Below are positions 8,168-16,530 of a stretch of 32,000 nt of DNA, piece by piece (positions within the stretch are counted from its first letter, which is position 1; each line of letters starts with the position of its first letter). The DNA is from Candidatus Nanohalobium constans (GTDB taxonomy: Archaea; Nanohalarchaeota; Nanosalinia; Nanosalinales; Nanosalinaceae), in assembly GCF_009617975.1 (NCBI RefSeq), contig NZ_CP040089.1:60001-92000 (forward strand). The letters are read 5' to 3'. The notes below the pieces were generated by a model, which searched no databases, was not told where the DNA came from, and saw only the letters and a list, made by a program, of their open reading frames with translations. A program made the position numbers and the translations under genes.

Positions 8168-8356
8168 GCTTTATTGTTGGGTCCGCACGACTTCGATAAG
8201 TTTTCTAGTAGCCGAGCCTCAGCTTTATCCAATTCTGATTTGAATATTTCCGCTATCGGTATTATCTCCATTATTGGTATGATCATGGGTTAGAAGCCCC
8301 TCTGTCACAAAGTTCTTTTTTCCTCACAGGGTTTCTCTGGAGGTTCTAAATCGAAA

Positions 8357-9433
8357 ATGACACAACAAAAATACACCACAACACAACACGACTCTGCAAA
8401 ACCTGGCGAAAACATGGACAGCAGCAATGATATGATCTCGATGCAGCAGATTATGGAGGCCAGGGGGCGTATTATGGACGCAGCACATGAAACGCCGATG
8501 GACAAGTCCAGCACCTTTGCAGAGAAAGCAGGTGTAGAAAGTGTCGCTTTCAAGATGGAGAACTTCCAGAAAACAGGAGCATTCAAGATAAGAGGAGCCT
8601 ACAACAAGATATCACAGCTTTCCGAAGAAGAAAAGGAGAGGGGAGTAATAGCAGCATCATCTGGAAATCATGCACAGGGTGTGGCATTGGCAGCCCAAGA
8701 ACTTGGTGTTGATGCAAAGATAGTCATGCCCGAAAATACTGCTGAATCTAAAATTGAGGCAACATCCGGGTACGGCGCAGAAGTAGTTCTTTCAGGACAG
8801 GAATACGAAGAAGCATACGAAAAAGCCAGAAAACTACAGAAAGAAGAGAATCTAACTTTCGTTCATCCATACAATGATAAGAATGTGGTTGCTGGGCAGG
8901 GAACGCTCGGTCTTGAAATGGTTGAACAGCTCCCAGAACTTGACACAGTCCTCGTTGCTGTAGGCGGAGGAGGATTAATCAGTGGAATAGCTAGAGCAGT
9001 CAAGGCAAGAAATCCTGATGCAAAAGTCATAGGGGTTCAGACAGAGGGGTGTGGTTCAGCTAAACAGACTTTAAACTCTGATGAGATCTATGAGCGAGAA
9101 TCTGTCGATACCGTGGCGAAGGGGATAGCGACAAGAAGTATAGGTGAGCTTCCAGCTAGATATCTCCGTGAGTTTGTTGATGAAGTGGTTTATGTCTCTG
9201 ATGAAGAAGCTGAGGCTGCAACCGCTTTACTTGCCGAAAGGCAGAAAGTGGTTGTCGAGCCTGCTGGCGCGGTAGCTGCTGCAGCACTCCTATTCCAGAA
9301 AGAACACGATTTAGGATTGGAAGACGATGATGTGGCAGTCCCTCTCTGCGGCGCAAATATCGATCTTGAAGAGTTTGGTGAAATCTGTAGAAGAGGTAAG
9401 AGCTATCTTACGGAGGTGAAAAATCAATGTTAG
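8357..9433 (+). CDS. threonine ammonia-lyase / serine-threonine dehydratase (PLP-dependent, catalytic domain only)
   Basis: PLP-lysine motif TGAFKIRGA, SSGNHAQGVA, glycine loop VGGGGLISG. No C-terminal ACT-like regulatory domain. GGAGGT lies 12 nt upstream of ATG 8357; an alternative start is ATG 8414. Confidence 0.88.
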   Translation: MTQQKYTTTQHDSAKPGENMDSSNDMISMQQIMEARGRIMDAAHETPMDKSSTFAEKAGVESVAFKMENFQKTGAFKIRGAYNKISQLSEEEKERGVIAASSGNHAQGVALAAQELGVDAKIVMPENTAESKIEATSGYGAEVVLSGQEYEEAYEKARKLQKEENLTFVHPYNDKNVVAGQGTLGLEMVEQLPELDTVLVAVGGGGLISGIARAVKARNPDAKVIGVQTEGCGSAKQTLNSDEIYERESVDTVAKGIATRSIGELPARYLREFVDEVVYVSDEEAEAATALLAERQKVVVEPAGAVAAAALLFQKEHDLGLEDDDVAVPLCGANIDLEEFGEICRRGKSYLTEVKNQC

Positions 9434-9759
9434 ATGGTGAAGCTGGCGGTGTTGAGAGTGTTTTAGAAAGGTTAGAGCCCGGAGATGAAGTTGCGGTAGG
9501 AACTACTTCAGGCAATGAATATAATGGATATGTGGGCAAAGTCCTCACGCCCGTGGGAGAAGGCAGTTACACTTTAGAGATGACCTATGGGACTGAAGGA
9601 TGGAATCCCGATGATGTGAAGCAAGCAGGAGAAAACCGGCAGGAAACTCCTCTGAGAGATAGACCGGATCAGCTAGTTTTACAGTATGATGATGTAGGTC
9701 CTATTGGGTCAGAAATCCAAGATATTGAAGTGCTCGAAAAGTACAGACAAAGAGATTGA
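9427..9759 (+). CDS. hypothetical protein (110 aa), translationally coupled to the dehydratase
   Basis: GGAGGTGA lies 7 nt upstream of the ATG. The start overlaps the dehydratase stop by 7 nt. No domain recognised. Confidence 0.7.
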   Translation: MLDGEAGGVESVLERLEPGDEVAVGTTSGNEYNGYVGKVLTPVGEGSYTLEMTYGTEGWNPDDVKQAGENRQETPLRDRPDQLVLQYDDVGPIGSEIQDIEVLEKYRQRD

Positions 9760-9760
9760 A

Positions 9761-9838
9761 ATGTTGGAGCCTCGTCAACAAGTTCTTGGAGGATTTTTCT
9801 GTGATAACTTTAACACTTTTTTCTTCTATTCTTTCAGT
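9761..9838 (+). promoter_or_regulatory. T-rich, Phe-codon-rich tract 5' of the chorismate mutase-pheA operon (possible leader/N-terminal extension, terminator, or promoter)
   Basis: ATG 9761 is 1 nt after the upstream stop and is in frame with chorismate mutase, with no intervening stop. It reads MLEPRQQVLGGFFCDNFNTFFFYSFS. T5 (9794-9798) and T6 (9817-9822) runs are present. A TAACTTTAAC TATA-like box lies at 9806-9815. Confidence 0.4.
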
Positions 9839-10111
9839 ATGAGTCTGGAAGAATACAGAAAGGAAATTGACAGGATTAACCATGATTTGGCAGAGTTGAT
9901 TGCTGAAAGAATGGAGGTCGTGGAGAAAGTTGGAGAGTACAAAAAAGAGAATAACATGGAGATCAAAGACGAAGGAAGAGAAGAAGTAGTTAAAGACCAA
10001 TTTGCAGATATATTTAAGCAAAATGACTTGCCTGGGCAGAAAGGAAGGAAGCTTGCCCATTTCCTTATAAGTATGGCTATTGAAGAGGAAGAAGAGGTAA
10101 AAGAGGAATGA
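9839..10111 (+). CDS. chorismate mutase, AroQ class (90 aa; 116 aa if started at 9761)
   Basis: AroQ pattern: R in YRKEIDRIN, R in AERME, K in EYKKEN, D/R/E in KDEGREEVV. The stop overlaps the pheA ATG (ATGA at 10108). Confidence 0.85.
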   Translation: MSLEEYRKEIDRINHDLAELIAERMEVVEKVGEYKKENNMEIKDEGREEVVKDQFADIFKQNDLPGQKGRKLAHFLISMAIEEEEEVKEE

Positions 10112-10884
10112 AGGTTGCACTTCTAGGCCCGGAAGGAACTTACACGCATCAAGCAGCTGCCAGCTACTTTGAAGACCTGGAAACAGACTACTGTTCGACT
10201 ATTAGGGATGTTTTCAACTCGGATACTGAGGTAAAGTTTGTTCCAGTTGAGAACTCTCTTGGAGGTGGTGTTTCTGATACTGTAGAGCTTCTGAAGTCTG
10301 GAGACGATACTGTCACTGCTGAAGTCAGACTTCAGATACAACACGCCTTGATCTCGGATGAAGACTCGATCGAAGATATTGAAAGGATCAAATCTCATCC
10401 TCAGGCGTTGTCTCAGTGCCAGAACTTGATTGAAGAGCACGGCTGGGAGAAAGAAGAAACTGGGTCAACTGCAGCAGCCGTTGAACAACTTGAGGAAGGT
10501 GAAGCTGCACTGGCTTCCGAGATCGCAGCTGAAATCAATGATAAGAACATTTTGGAGACTTCTGTCCAGGATACTGATTCAAATATAACTCGTTTCTTCG
10601 TGCTTAACGGAGATCCAGAACCTGAAGAGAAGACAGCGCTTGTCTTGGAGCCAGGTGAAGACCGTCCTGGACTGCTCCACGCGATGCTCTCCTGTTTCGC
10701 AGGTCATCAAGTCAACTTAACCCATATCCAGTCAAGACCAACGAAAAGAAAGCTGGGAGAGTACTATTTCTATGTTGAAGCAGATGCGGCTGGAGAAAAG
10801 CTTCAGGATACGATAGACTGTCTTGAAACCTATGCAGAGGTCCAAAATCTTGGAAGCTTCTCAGTACTCGGTGACGAAACATGA
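10108..10884 (+). CDS. pheA: prephenate dehydratase with C-terminal ACT domain
   Basis: LGPEGTYTHQAA, SHPQALSQC and TRFFVL motifs of the PDT domain. ACT-like C-terminus: IQSRPTKRKLGEYYFYVE. Confidence 0.92.
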   Translation: MKVALLGPEGTYTHQAAASYFEDLETDYCSTIRDVFNSDTEVKFVPVENSLGGGVSDTVELLKSGDDTVTAEVRLQIQHALISDEDSIEDIERIKSHPQALSQCQNLIEEHGWEKEETGSTAAAVEQLEEGEAALASEIAAEINDKNILETSVQDTDSNITRFFVLNGDPEPEEKTALVLEPGEDRPGLLHAMLSCFAGHQVNLTHIQSRPTKRKLGEYYFYVEADAAGEKLQDTIDCLETYAEVQNLGSFSVLGDET

Positions 10885-11996
10885 GAGAAAGAATAGAAAA
10901 CATAGATCTTTCAATCAGAAAAATTTCGGAAAAAGCAGCTGACCAGGACGATATAGTAAGGTTTGACATCGGTCAGCCCAGCTTCGACACACCAGAACAC
11001 ATCAAAGAAGCCGCCAAAGAAGGACTGGAAAACAAACAGGGCTACAGCCCGATGCTAGGAATAGATGAGCTCAGAGAAGCAATCGCCGAAGAAGAAAATG
11101 GGAAAATAGGTTACGGTCCAGAAGGAAAAGAAATACTTAAAGACCATGTAATGGTTACTACAGGAGGAATGGGAGCACTCTACGCGATCTTTGCCGCAAG
11201 ACTTGGAGACGACGACAAGGCAGTATTCAACGACCCATGTTGGGGACCTTACAAAATGATAAGCGAAGTATCAGAAAACCAGTGGACACAGGTACAGTAC
11301 TGGGATGAAGACAGAAACCTGAGAGAGGAGGCGAAAGAAGAGATCGCTGAAGCAGATATGGTGGTTGTTAACACGCCTTCAAACCCGACAGGATATGTAC
11401 TGACCGAGGAACAGGCAAAAGAGATCGGAGAGTTTGCAGATGAACACGATACTTTCCTGATCTCGGACGAAGTATACCATAGACTAACTTATGGAAAAGA
11501 GCACTATTCTCCAGCAGCTTACGCATGTGATTCGGCTATTATTGGCTCAGTCTCCAAGAACCATGCGATGACAGGATGGAGGATCGGATGGATAGTAGAT
11601 GAAGAAGAAAATATCGAGCAGTATGCCAAAGTTTCAAGGGCTTCAACTGCTTGTCCTCCAAGAGTTTCACAGTATGCAGCTATTGAAGCCTTGCAGAACG
11701 ACTCTCATGTGGAAGAGATGCGTGAGACATACGAAAAGAGGAGAGACCTGCTTGTTGAAAGGATGAATGATCTCGGCTGGGATTTCAGGGCTCCTGAAGG
11801 AGCTATCTATGCTTTCCCAGAAGTAGGAGAAGATTCCTGGAAGTTCTGTATGGAAATGATTGAGGACGGTGTTGCAATGGTTCCGGGAGAGCCAATGGGT
11901 CCCGAAAGTGATCAAAATATCAGGATTTGCTTCGGATCAACTACTGCAGGCGAAATCAGTTTAGCATTTGACAAATTAGAGGAAAAAATACAATGA
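10881..11996 (+). CDS. class I/II PLP aminotransferase (aspartate/aromatic type)
   Basis: NTPSNPTG and the PLP-lysine motif SKNHAMTGWRIGW. ATGA overlaps with both flanking genes. Confidence 0.9.
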   Translation: MRERIENIDLSIRKISEKAADQDDIVRFDIGQPSFDTPEHIKEAAKEGLENKQGYSPMLGIDELREAIAEEENGKIGYGPEGKEILKDHVMVTTGGMGALYAIFAARLGDDDKAVFNDPCWGPYKMISEVSENQWTQVQYWDEDRNLREEAKEEIAEADMVVVNTPSNPTGYVLTEEQAKEIGEFADEHDTFLISDEVYHRLTYGKEHYSPAAYACDSAIIGSVSKNHAMTGWRIGWIVDEEENIEQYAKVSRASTACPPRVSQYAAIEALQNDSHVEEMRETYEKRRDLLVERMNDLGWDFRAPEGAIYAFPEVGEDSWKFCMEMIEDGVAMVPGEPMGPESDQNIRICFGSTTAGEISLAFDKLEEKIQ

Positions 11997-12853
11997 TTGA
12001 CCAAAAGATTGCTATAGTAGGTGGTACAGGACAGTTCGGTCAGCATTTGGGTGAAAGGCTAGAGGAAAACAATGAAATCGTGATTTCCGGAAGCTCAGTT
12101 GAGAGAGCTAAGGAAGAGGCAGAGCCTCATGGCTGGGGTTATGGTGAAGGAAAGGAGATTGTGAAGGGTGCTGACATCGTGATTATCTCGGTTCCTATCG
12201 CAGTTACTGTTGATGTCATCCATGAAGTCGGACCGAATGTTTCTGATAGTGCACTTCTATGTGATGTGACTAGTGTCAAGCAAAAACCTGTTGAAGCCAT
12301 GAAACAGTATTCTGATGAAGTGCTGGGAATGCATCCTATGTATGCTCCAAGTAACTCGATTAAAGGACAGAAGATTGTTATGTGTCCTGAGAAAGGGAAG
12401 AAATGGAGTGTTATGGAGGAGTTCTGGGAGGAGCACGGTGCAGATCTCCACTTTACAGATCCGAAGTCTCATGATAAAGCCACTTCTATTGTCCAGGGGT
12501 TGATGCATTTCTCAGAGCTTGTGATGGCGGATGTCATCAGAAAATCTGAACTATCCACAGATGAAATGAATGAGTACAGCACTCCTATCTACCAGTTGAT
12601 CACAGACTTGACTGCCCGGATGCTTAACCAGAAGGCAGAGCTCTACGGCAGCATCCAGAACCACAATCCTGAGATAGAGGACGTAAGAGAAGAGGTTGTA
12701 GACTCTGCTGAAGAGTTAAGAGAGGTTATCAAGGATGATGAAGAGTTTTCTAAAAAGTTTGAGGAGCTTGGAGAGTCTTTCGATCTTGAAGGAGCTCAGG
12801 AGCGGACGGATAAGGTTATAGAGTTCCTTTCCAACGATGTACGTGATGATTGA
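11993..12853 (+). CDS. tyrA: prephenate dehydrogenase
   Basis: N-terminal dinucleotide fold IAIVGGTGQFG. DVTSVK and GMHPMY motifs, HD..A..VQGL.H. Confidence 0.85.
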   Translation: MIDQKIAIVGGTGQFGQHLGERLEENNEIVISGSSVERAKEEAEPHGWGYGEGKEIVKGADIVIISVPIAVTVDVIHEVGPNVSDSALLCDVTSVKQKPVEAMKQYSDEVLGMHPMYAPSNSIKGQKIVMCPEKGKKWSVMEEFWEEHGADLHFTDPKSHDKATSIVQGLMHFSELVMADVIRKSELSTDEMNEYSTPIYQLITDLTARMLNQKAELYGSIQNHNPEIEDVREEVVDSAEELREVIKDDEEFSKKFEELGESFDLEGAQERTDKVIEFLSNDVRDD

Positions 12854-12863
12854 TTTATAATAT
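12854..12863 (+). promoter_or_regulatory. TATA box TTTATAATAT for the second chorismate mutase
   Basis: Starts immediately after the tyrA stop, with 20 nt between the box and ATG 12884 (leaderless spacing). Confidence 0.45.
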
Positions 12864-12883
12864 TTAACTCGATTACTTTTAGT

Positions 12884-13177
12884 ATGTCCAATCCTCTTGA
12901 AGAAGCCCGGCAGAACATCGACAAGGTGAACGAGGAGATAGTTCAATCCGTAGACAAACGTATGAGCGAAGTACTACGGATTATCGACTTCAAGGAAGAA
13001 CACAACCTCGAAGTAAGGGACGAAGAAAGAGAGGAAAAAGTAATGAAACAGTTCGCCGACCGCTTCGAAGAACTAGGCTACCCAAGAACAAGAGGCAGAC
13101 AACTAGGAAGAGTTCTGATCGACCTCGCAGTGGACCTAGAAAGAGAAGAACTCGACAAAAGAAGAGGAGACGAGTAA
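12884..13177 (+). CDS. chorismate mutase, AroQ class, second paralog (97 aa)
   Basis: Colinear with the 9839 protein at roughly 35-40% identity by eye (NIDKVNEEI, KRMSEV, RDEEREEKVMKQFADRF, GRQLGRVLIDLA). Confidence 0.85.
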   Translation: MSNPLEEARQNIDKVNEEIVQSVDKRMSEVLRIIDFKEEHNLEVRDEEREEKVMKQFADRFEELGYPRTRGRQLGRVLIDLAVDLEREELDKRRGDE

Positions 13178-13184
13178 GCTTGTT

Positions 13185-13568
13185 CTATTCTGTTAAATCA
13201 ATTGGAGATGTTTTGGTCTCTTTTGCAGGCTTTTCAAGTCCGTATTCATTAACAACTTCTTCGGCACTTAATCCTTCAGCGTAGTCTTCCACTGCATTTT
13301 CAATATCTTCTTCGAATTTTTCCTCATTAAGTCTATGGGTATCAGCTAGGTGCCCGGGCACCTCATTGTATATTTCAGCTGCTTCCGTACGAGTTAGCCC
13401 ATACTCTTCAGCTTTCTGATGAAGAAGCTGTGTCATGCTGTTGTCGGGGTCGCTGTGTGTCCTCGTACGGTTCATCGGTATAATGATTTCTTCTCCTGAT
13501 TTGTAGGAATTAGGCGATATAAACTCTCCATCCTCTGCTTCTTCAAATGTTGGCCAATGCTCGGTCAT
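13185..13568 (-). CDS. hypothetical acidic protein (127 aa)
   Basis: ORF with acidic composition. An AT-rich TATA-like CATAAAATAAATATTTT lies just upstream of the ATG. No domain recognised. Confidence 0.55.
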   Translation of the reverse strand: MTEHWPTFEEAEDGEFISPNSYKSGEEIIIPMNRTRTHSDPDNSMTQLLHQKAEEYGLTRTEAAEIYNEVPGHLADTHRLNEEKFEEDIENAVEDYAEGLSAEEVVNEYGLEKPAKETKTSPIDLTE

Positions 13569-13718
13569 ACAGCAAAATATTTATTTTATGCTTATCAATA
13601 CCGCCGTTCTAAGATCAAATTTTAGAATCTCTTTCTGAATCAGTTAATGACAGTGGCCTTTGATTTTCCAATCTTGCAGACACTAAAACTTCATGTTATT
13701 CCCAAATTATCTGCCTAC

Positions 13719-15767
13719 TTACCAATCGTCTTTCGTAGAACAATCCGGATCTATACACATTTCATAGTTGTTTCCACTCTTTCTAGAGACATGAATCTTT
13801 GGAGTGCCACATTCATCGCAAATTTCTCCCTGTGAAGTAACCTCACCGTTGTTAGGCAGCGGATAGGTGTTTTCACAGTCGTCGTATTCTGTGCATCCTA
13901 CGAACCGGCCGTTGTCTGTTCTTATTATTTGTAGTGTTCCATCACAGTCGTCTCTGTCACACGGACCGAGTTTTCTCTTTTGGTCGCGATATTTATCGAT
14001 AGCTCTAACCAGTTTGGCGCCGATTTCCTTCTCCTGTTCTTTAAAGTTGCGTAGAGTCTCACCAAGCTCGTCCCTAGCTCTCTCTAACGCCTCTTCCTTA
14101 CTCTCCTCCTGATTCTTTATAGACTCCATTCTTTCCTCAAACTCTCTAGTAAGTTCCTCGGAGACGATTTCCGGACTGTACTCTTCCAATGTTTCAGCGA
14201 TTGTTAGACCTAGATCGGTTACTACGATTGGATCGTCTTTGATGAACTCTCTGTCGTATAAACGGTCTACGACCTGTGCACGAGTGGCTTTTGTTCCAAG
14301 ATTTCTTTTTTCCAGCTCTGAAACGATAGAAGTCTGAGAAAATCTTCTTGGTGGCTGAGTCTCTTTCTCAGCCTGTTCAAATTCGTCTACCGGCAGTTTT
14401 TCTCCTTCTTCTAACTCTGGTAGCTCTGCTTCTTCTACTTTGACGTATGGATCGTATAGGTCAAACCAGTTCCGCTTCTTTGTAACCTTGGACTTGGCGT
14501 TGAATGTGTATCCGTTTACTTCCAGCGTCATCGTCAATGACTGTCTTTTAGCTGGTTTTCCGAACACTGCGAAGAAACGCTTGACGATCAAGTCGTAGAC
14601 CTTTCTCTCATTCTTTGAAAGATTACCGGGATTCTGTCCTGTAGGATAGATAGCAGGGTGAGCATCATCCTCTTTCTTACCTTGCTTAGTATACAGGTTA
14701 TCGCTTTTATCCTTCTTCAAGACCTTTTTTGCCTTCTCAGTGTAGTTTTCCTGGTTCTTCAACTTGTTCAAGATATTTTTGTAGCCAATTTTCGGTGGAA
14801 GTTTCTGAGACTCAGTTCTTGGATAGGAAATCAATGAGTCTTCATAGAGATCCTGTGCAATGCTCTGTGTGGTTTTAGGGTTGATGTTGAACTGGCTTGA
14901 AGCCTCTTTCTGCAAGCCTGTCAGGTTGAAAGGTACAGGAGGCTTGTGACTGTAATTATTGATTTTGATGTTTGAGACTTCAGCTTCATCTTCGCCCTCA
15001 ATTTCCGAAAATATTCCATCCGCTACTTCCTCCTCCCAGATTCTCTCATCTCCATCATCATGGAACTTCGCCCGAAATTCGGAGTTGTGAAGGAAAATCT
15101 CCCAGTAAGGATCAGGTTCAAACTCCTGAATCTCCCTTTCACGCTCAGCAAGGAAGTTCAAGGCTGGTCCCTGCACACGGCCTGTTGAGAGAGTTTTGTA
15201 ACGATCATTTTCCCTAACTGCCTGCATCAGGGCACGGGAAACATTGATACCGTAGTAGAAATCGAGTATGTGTCGAGTTAAACCCGCTTCTGTCATACCC
15301 TTGTCGAAGTCTTCCAAGTTGTCGAAAGCCTCTTCCAAATCGCTTGGAGTCAAGGTAGAAAACTTCATACGCCTGATACGAGACTCATCCGTAGTACCAA
15401 GCTCCTTGATAACTCTATCTCCGATGACTGACCCTTCAAGATCGAAGTCGCATGCGTTGATATATTCATCTGCTTTCTCACATTGGTCACGGAGGTTTCT
15501 GTAGTATTTTTTCATGTAATCCGCAGAATCACTGGTTTCAAAGGTTGGAGCCCAGTCTACTTCGAAAACAGGATAGTCCCAGCCCTCACTGGTCTGCTCT
15601 AAGTTGAAGATGTGTCCTACGGCAGGTGCGATTATAATTTTCTCGTCATCAGTCTCAACGATGTAGTTCTTGACGCCGTGGTTCTCCTCAATACTGTAGT
15701 TCCCTAATGCCTGAGCCAGCTTAGAAGCAACATTCGGCTTCTCACCAACCATCACTGTAGTCTGCAT
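13719..15767 (-). CDS. topA: DNA topoisomerase, type IA
   Basis: Toprim N-terminus (VMVGEKPNVA, CDFDLEGS). Active-site tyrosine motif ISYPRTES. C-terminal Cys4 zinc ribbons (CDRDDCDG...C..C and CDECG...C..C). Confidence 0.93.
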   Translation of the reverse strand: MQTTVMVGEKPNVASKLAQALGNYSIEENHGVKNYIVETDDEKIIIAPAVGHIFNLEQTSEGWDYPVFEVDWAPTFETSDSADYMKKYYRNLRDQCEKADEYINACDFDLEGSVIGDRVIKELGTTDESRIRRMKFSTLTPSDLEEAFDNLEDFDKGMTEAGLTRHILDFYYGINVSRALMQAVRENDRYKTLSTGRVQGPALNFLAEREREIQEFEPDPYWEIFLHNSEFRAKFHDDGDERIWEEEVADGIFSEIEGEDEAEVSNIKINNYSHKPPVPFNLTGLQKEASSQFNINPKTTQSIAQDLYEDSLISYPRTESQKLPPKIGYKNILNKLKNQENYTEKAKKVLKKDKSDNLYTKQGKKEDDAHPAIYPTGQNPGNLSKNERKVYDLIVKRFFAVFGKPAKRQSLTMTLEVNGYTFNAKSKVTKKRNWFDLYDPYVKVEEAELPELEEGEKLPVDEFEQAEKETQPPRRFSQTSIVSELEKRNLGTKATRAQVVDRLYDREFIKDDPIVVTDLGLTIAETLEEYSPEIVSEELTREFEERMESIKNQEESKEEALERARDELGETLRNFKEQEKEIGAKLVRAIDKYRDQKRKLGPCDRDDCDGTLQIIRTDNGRFVGCTEYDDCENTYPLPNNGEVTSQGEICDECGTPKIHVSRKSGNNYEMCIDPDCSTKDDW

Positions 15768-15870
15768 ATGGCACTACATTGTGGCCTAGACTTAAATTAG
15801 AGATAGTCTCTGAAATGGGTTTATAAAACTAAAATCTAGATGTTAGGATGCGGTAACAATAGGTGAAAAA

Positions 15871-16260
15871 ATGGTAAGATTTGGCTTTGAAGATGGAAAG
15901 GAAACGGACAACGATCAGATAAAAAAATTACTAGAAGAAAGAGGGGCGGATGGCTTCCAATCTACGGTTATATCTACTCTGGATGCAGAGATAACGGTTT
16001 ATGATGAATCCAGTAGCTATGCTGTAAGTATTGATGGAGATGATTATGATACATTTAGTGAAGCCATTGATGATCACTATGATGGTAGAGAAGCTGAAGA
16101 AGTAGCTGGAGTAACAAGAGATAGAAGACCCGGAGATCCAATGACTGATGGAGGAACTACTGTATACGATGATGAGACTGGGGAAGACAGGCTTTATGAT
16201 GTTCCTGAGCTCTCAGAAGATGCACAAAGAATTTTGGATAGTATGACACAAGAAGAATAA
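15871..16260 (+). CDS. hypothetical acidic protein (129 aa)
   Basis: AGGTGA lies 5 nt upstream of the ATG and TTTATAAAA further upstream. Very acidic. No domain recognised. Confidence 0.55.
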   Translation: MVRFGFEDGKETDNDQIKKLLEERGADGFQSTVISTLDAEITVYDESSSYAVSIDGDDYDTFSEAIDDHYDGREAEEVAGVTRDRRPGDPMTDGGTTVYDDETGEDRLYDVPELSEDAQRILDSMTQEE

Positions 16261-16282
16261 AAAATGTAAATTTTCTTTCTCT

Positions 16283-16489
16283 CTATCTTGATCCTCCTAT
16301 TAGGGATGCTGCGACTATGATTGCTGCTGAAAGTACTACGAAGTCGCCTCCTGCTGTTACTCCTGCTAGGTCTGCTCCTGCTACCACGATGAATGTGGTT
16401 ATGAAGAAGGAGATTATTCCCAGGATTATCAGTACTACAAAGGCAACTACGCTTTCAACCATGTCCGACAGTGCATCCATTGCACCCAT
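16283..16489 (-). CDS. small 2-TM membrane protein (68 aa from ATG 16489)
   Basis: GGAGGTG lies 9 nt upstream of ATG 16489, so the listed TTG start at 16507 is itself part of that SD. Two hydrophobic helices. Lies 41 nt downstream of serS on the same strand. Confidence 0.55.
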   Translation of the reverse strand: MGAMDALSDMVESVVAFVVLIILGIISFFITTFIVVAGADLAGVTAGGDFVVLSAAIIVAASLIGGSR

Positions 16490-16530
16490 TTGATTCTGCA
16501 CCTCCAATTAAACATTGGGTTTTCAGGTCT

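Noticed and set aside
8137-8286. 49-codon minus-strand ORF (MIIPIMEIIPIAEIFKSELDKAEARLLENLSKSCGPNNKASTLHCRTHN) in the spacer before the dehydratase
   Set aside because: It has no convincing SD or TATA and a non-acidic, atypical composition. It overlaps the plus-strand MKGG motif copy. It is kept only as an alternative explanation for that spacer.
8305-8586. 93-aa minus-strand ORF overlapping the dehydratase 5' end
   Set aside because: It is a Cys/Ser/Phe-rich shadow frame. The plus frame has the SD and the PLP-enzyme motifs.
9704-9838. ORF-track start at 9704 for chorismate mutase
   Set aside because: The first 19 codons overlap the 3' end of the preceding gene in another frame. The AroQ homology begins at ATG 9839. 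Only the 9761 start is kept as an open question (see the finding at 9761-9838).
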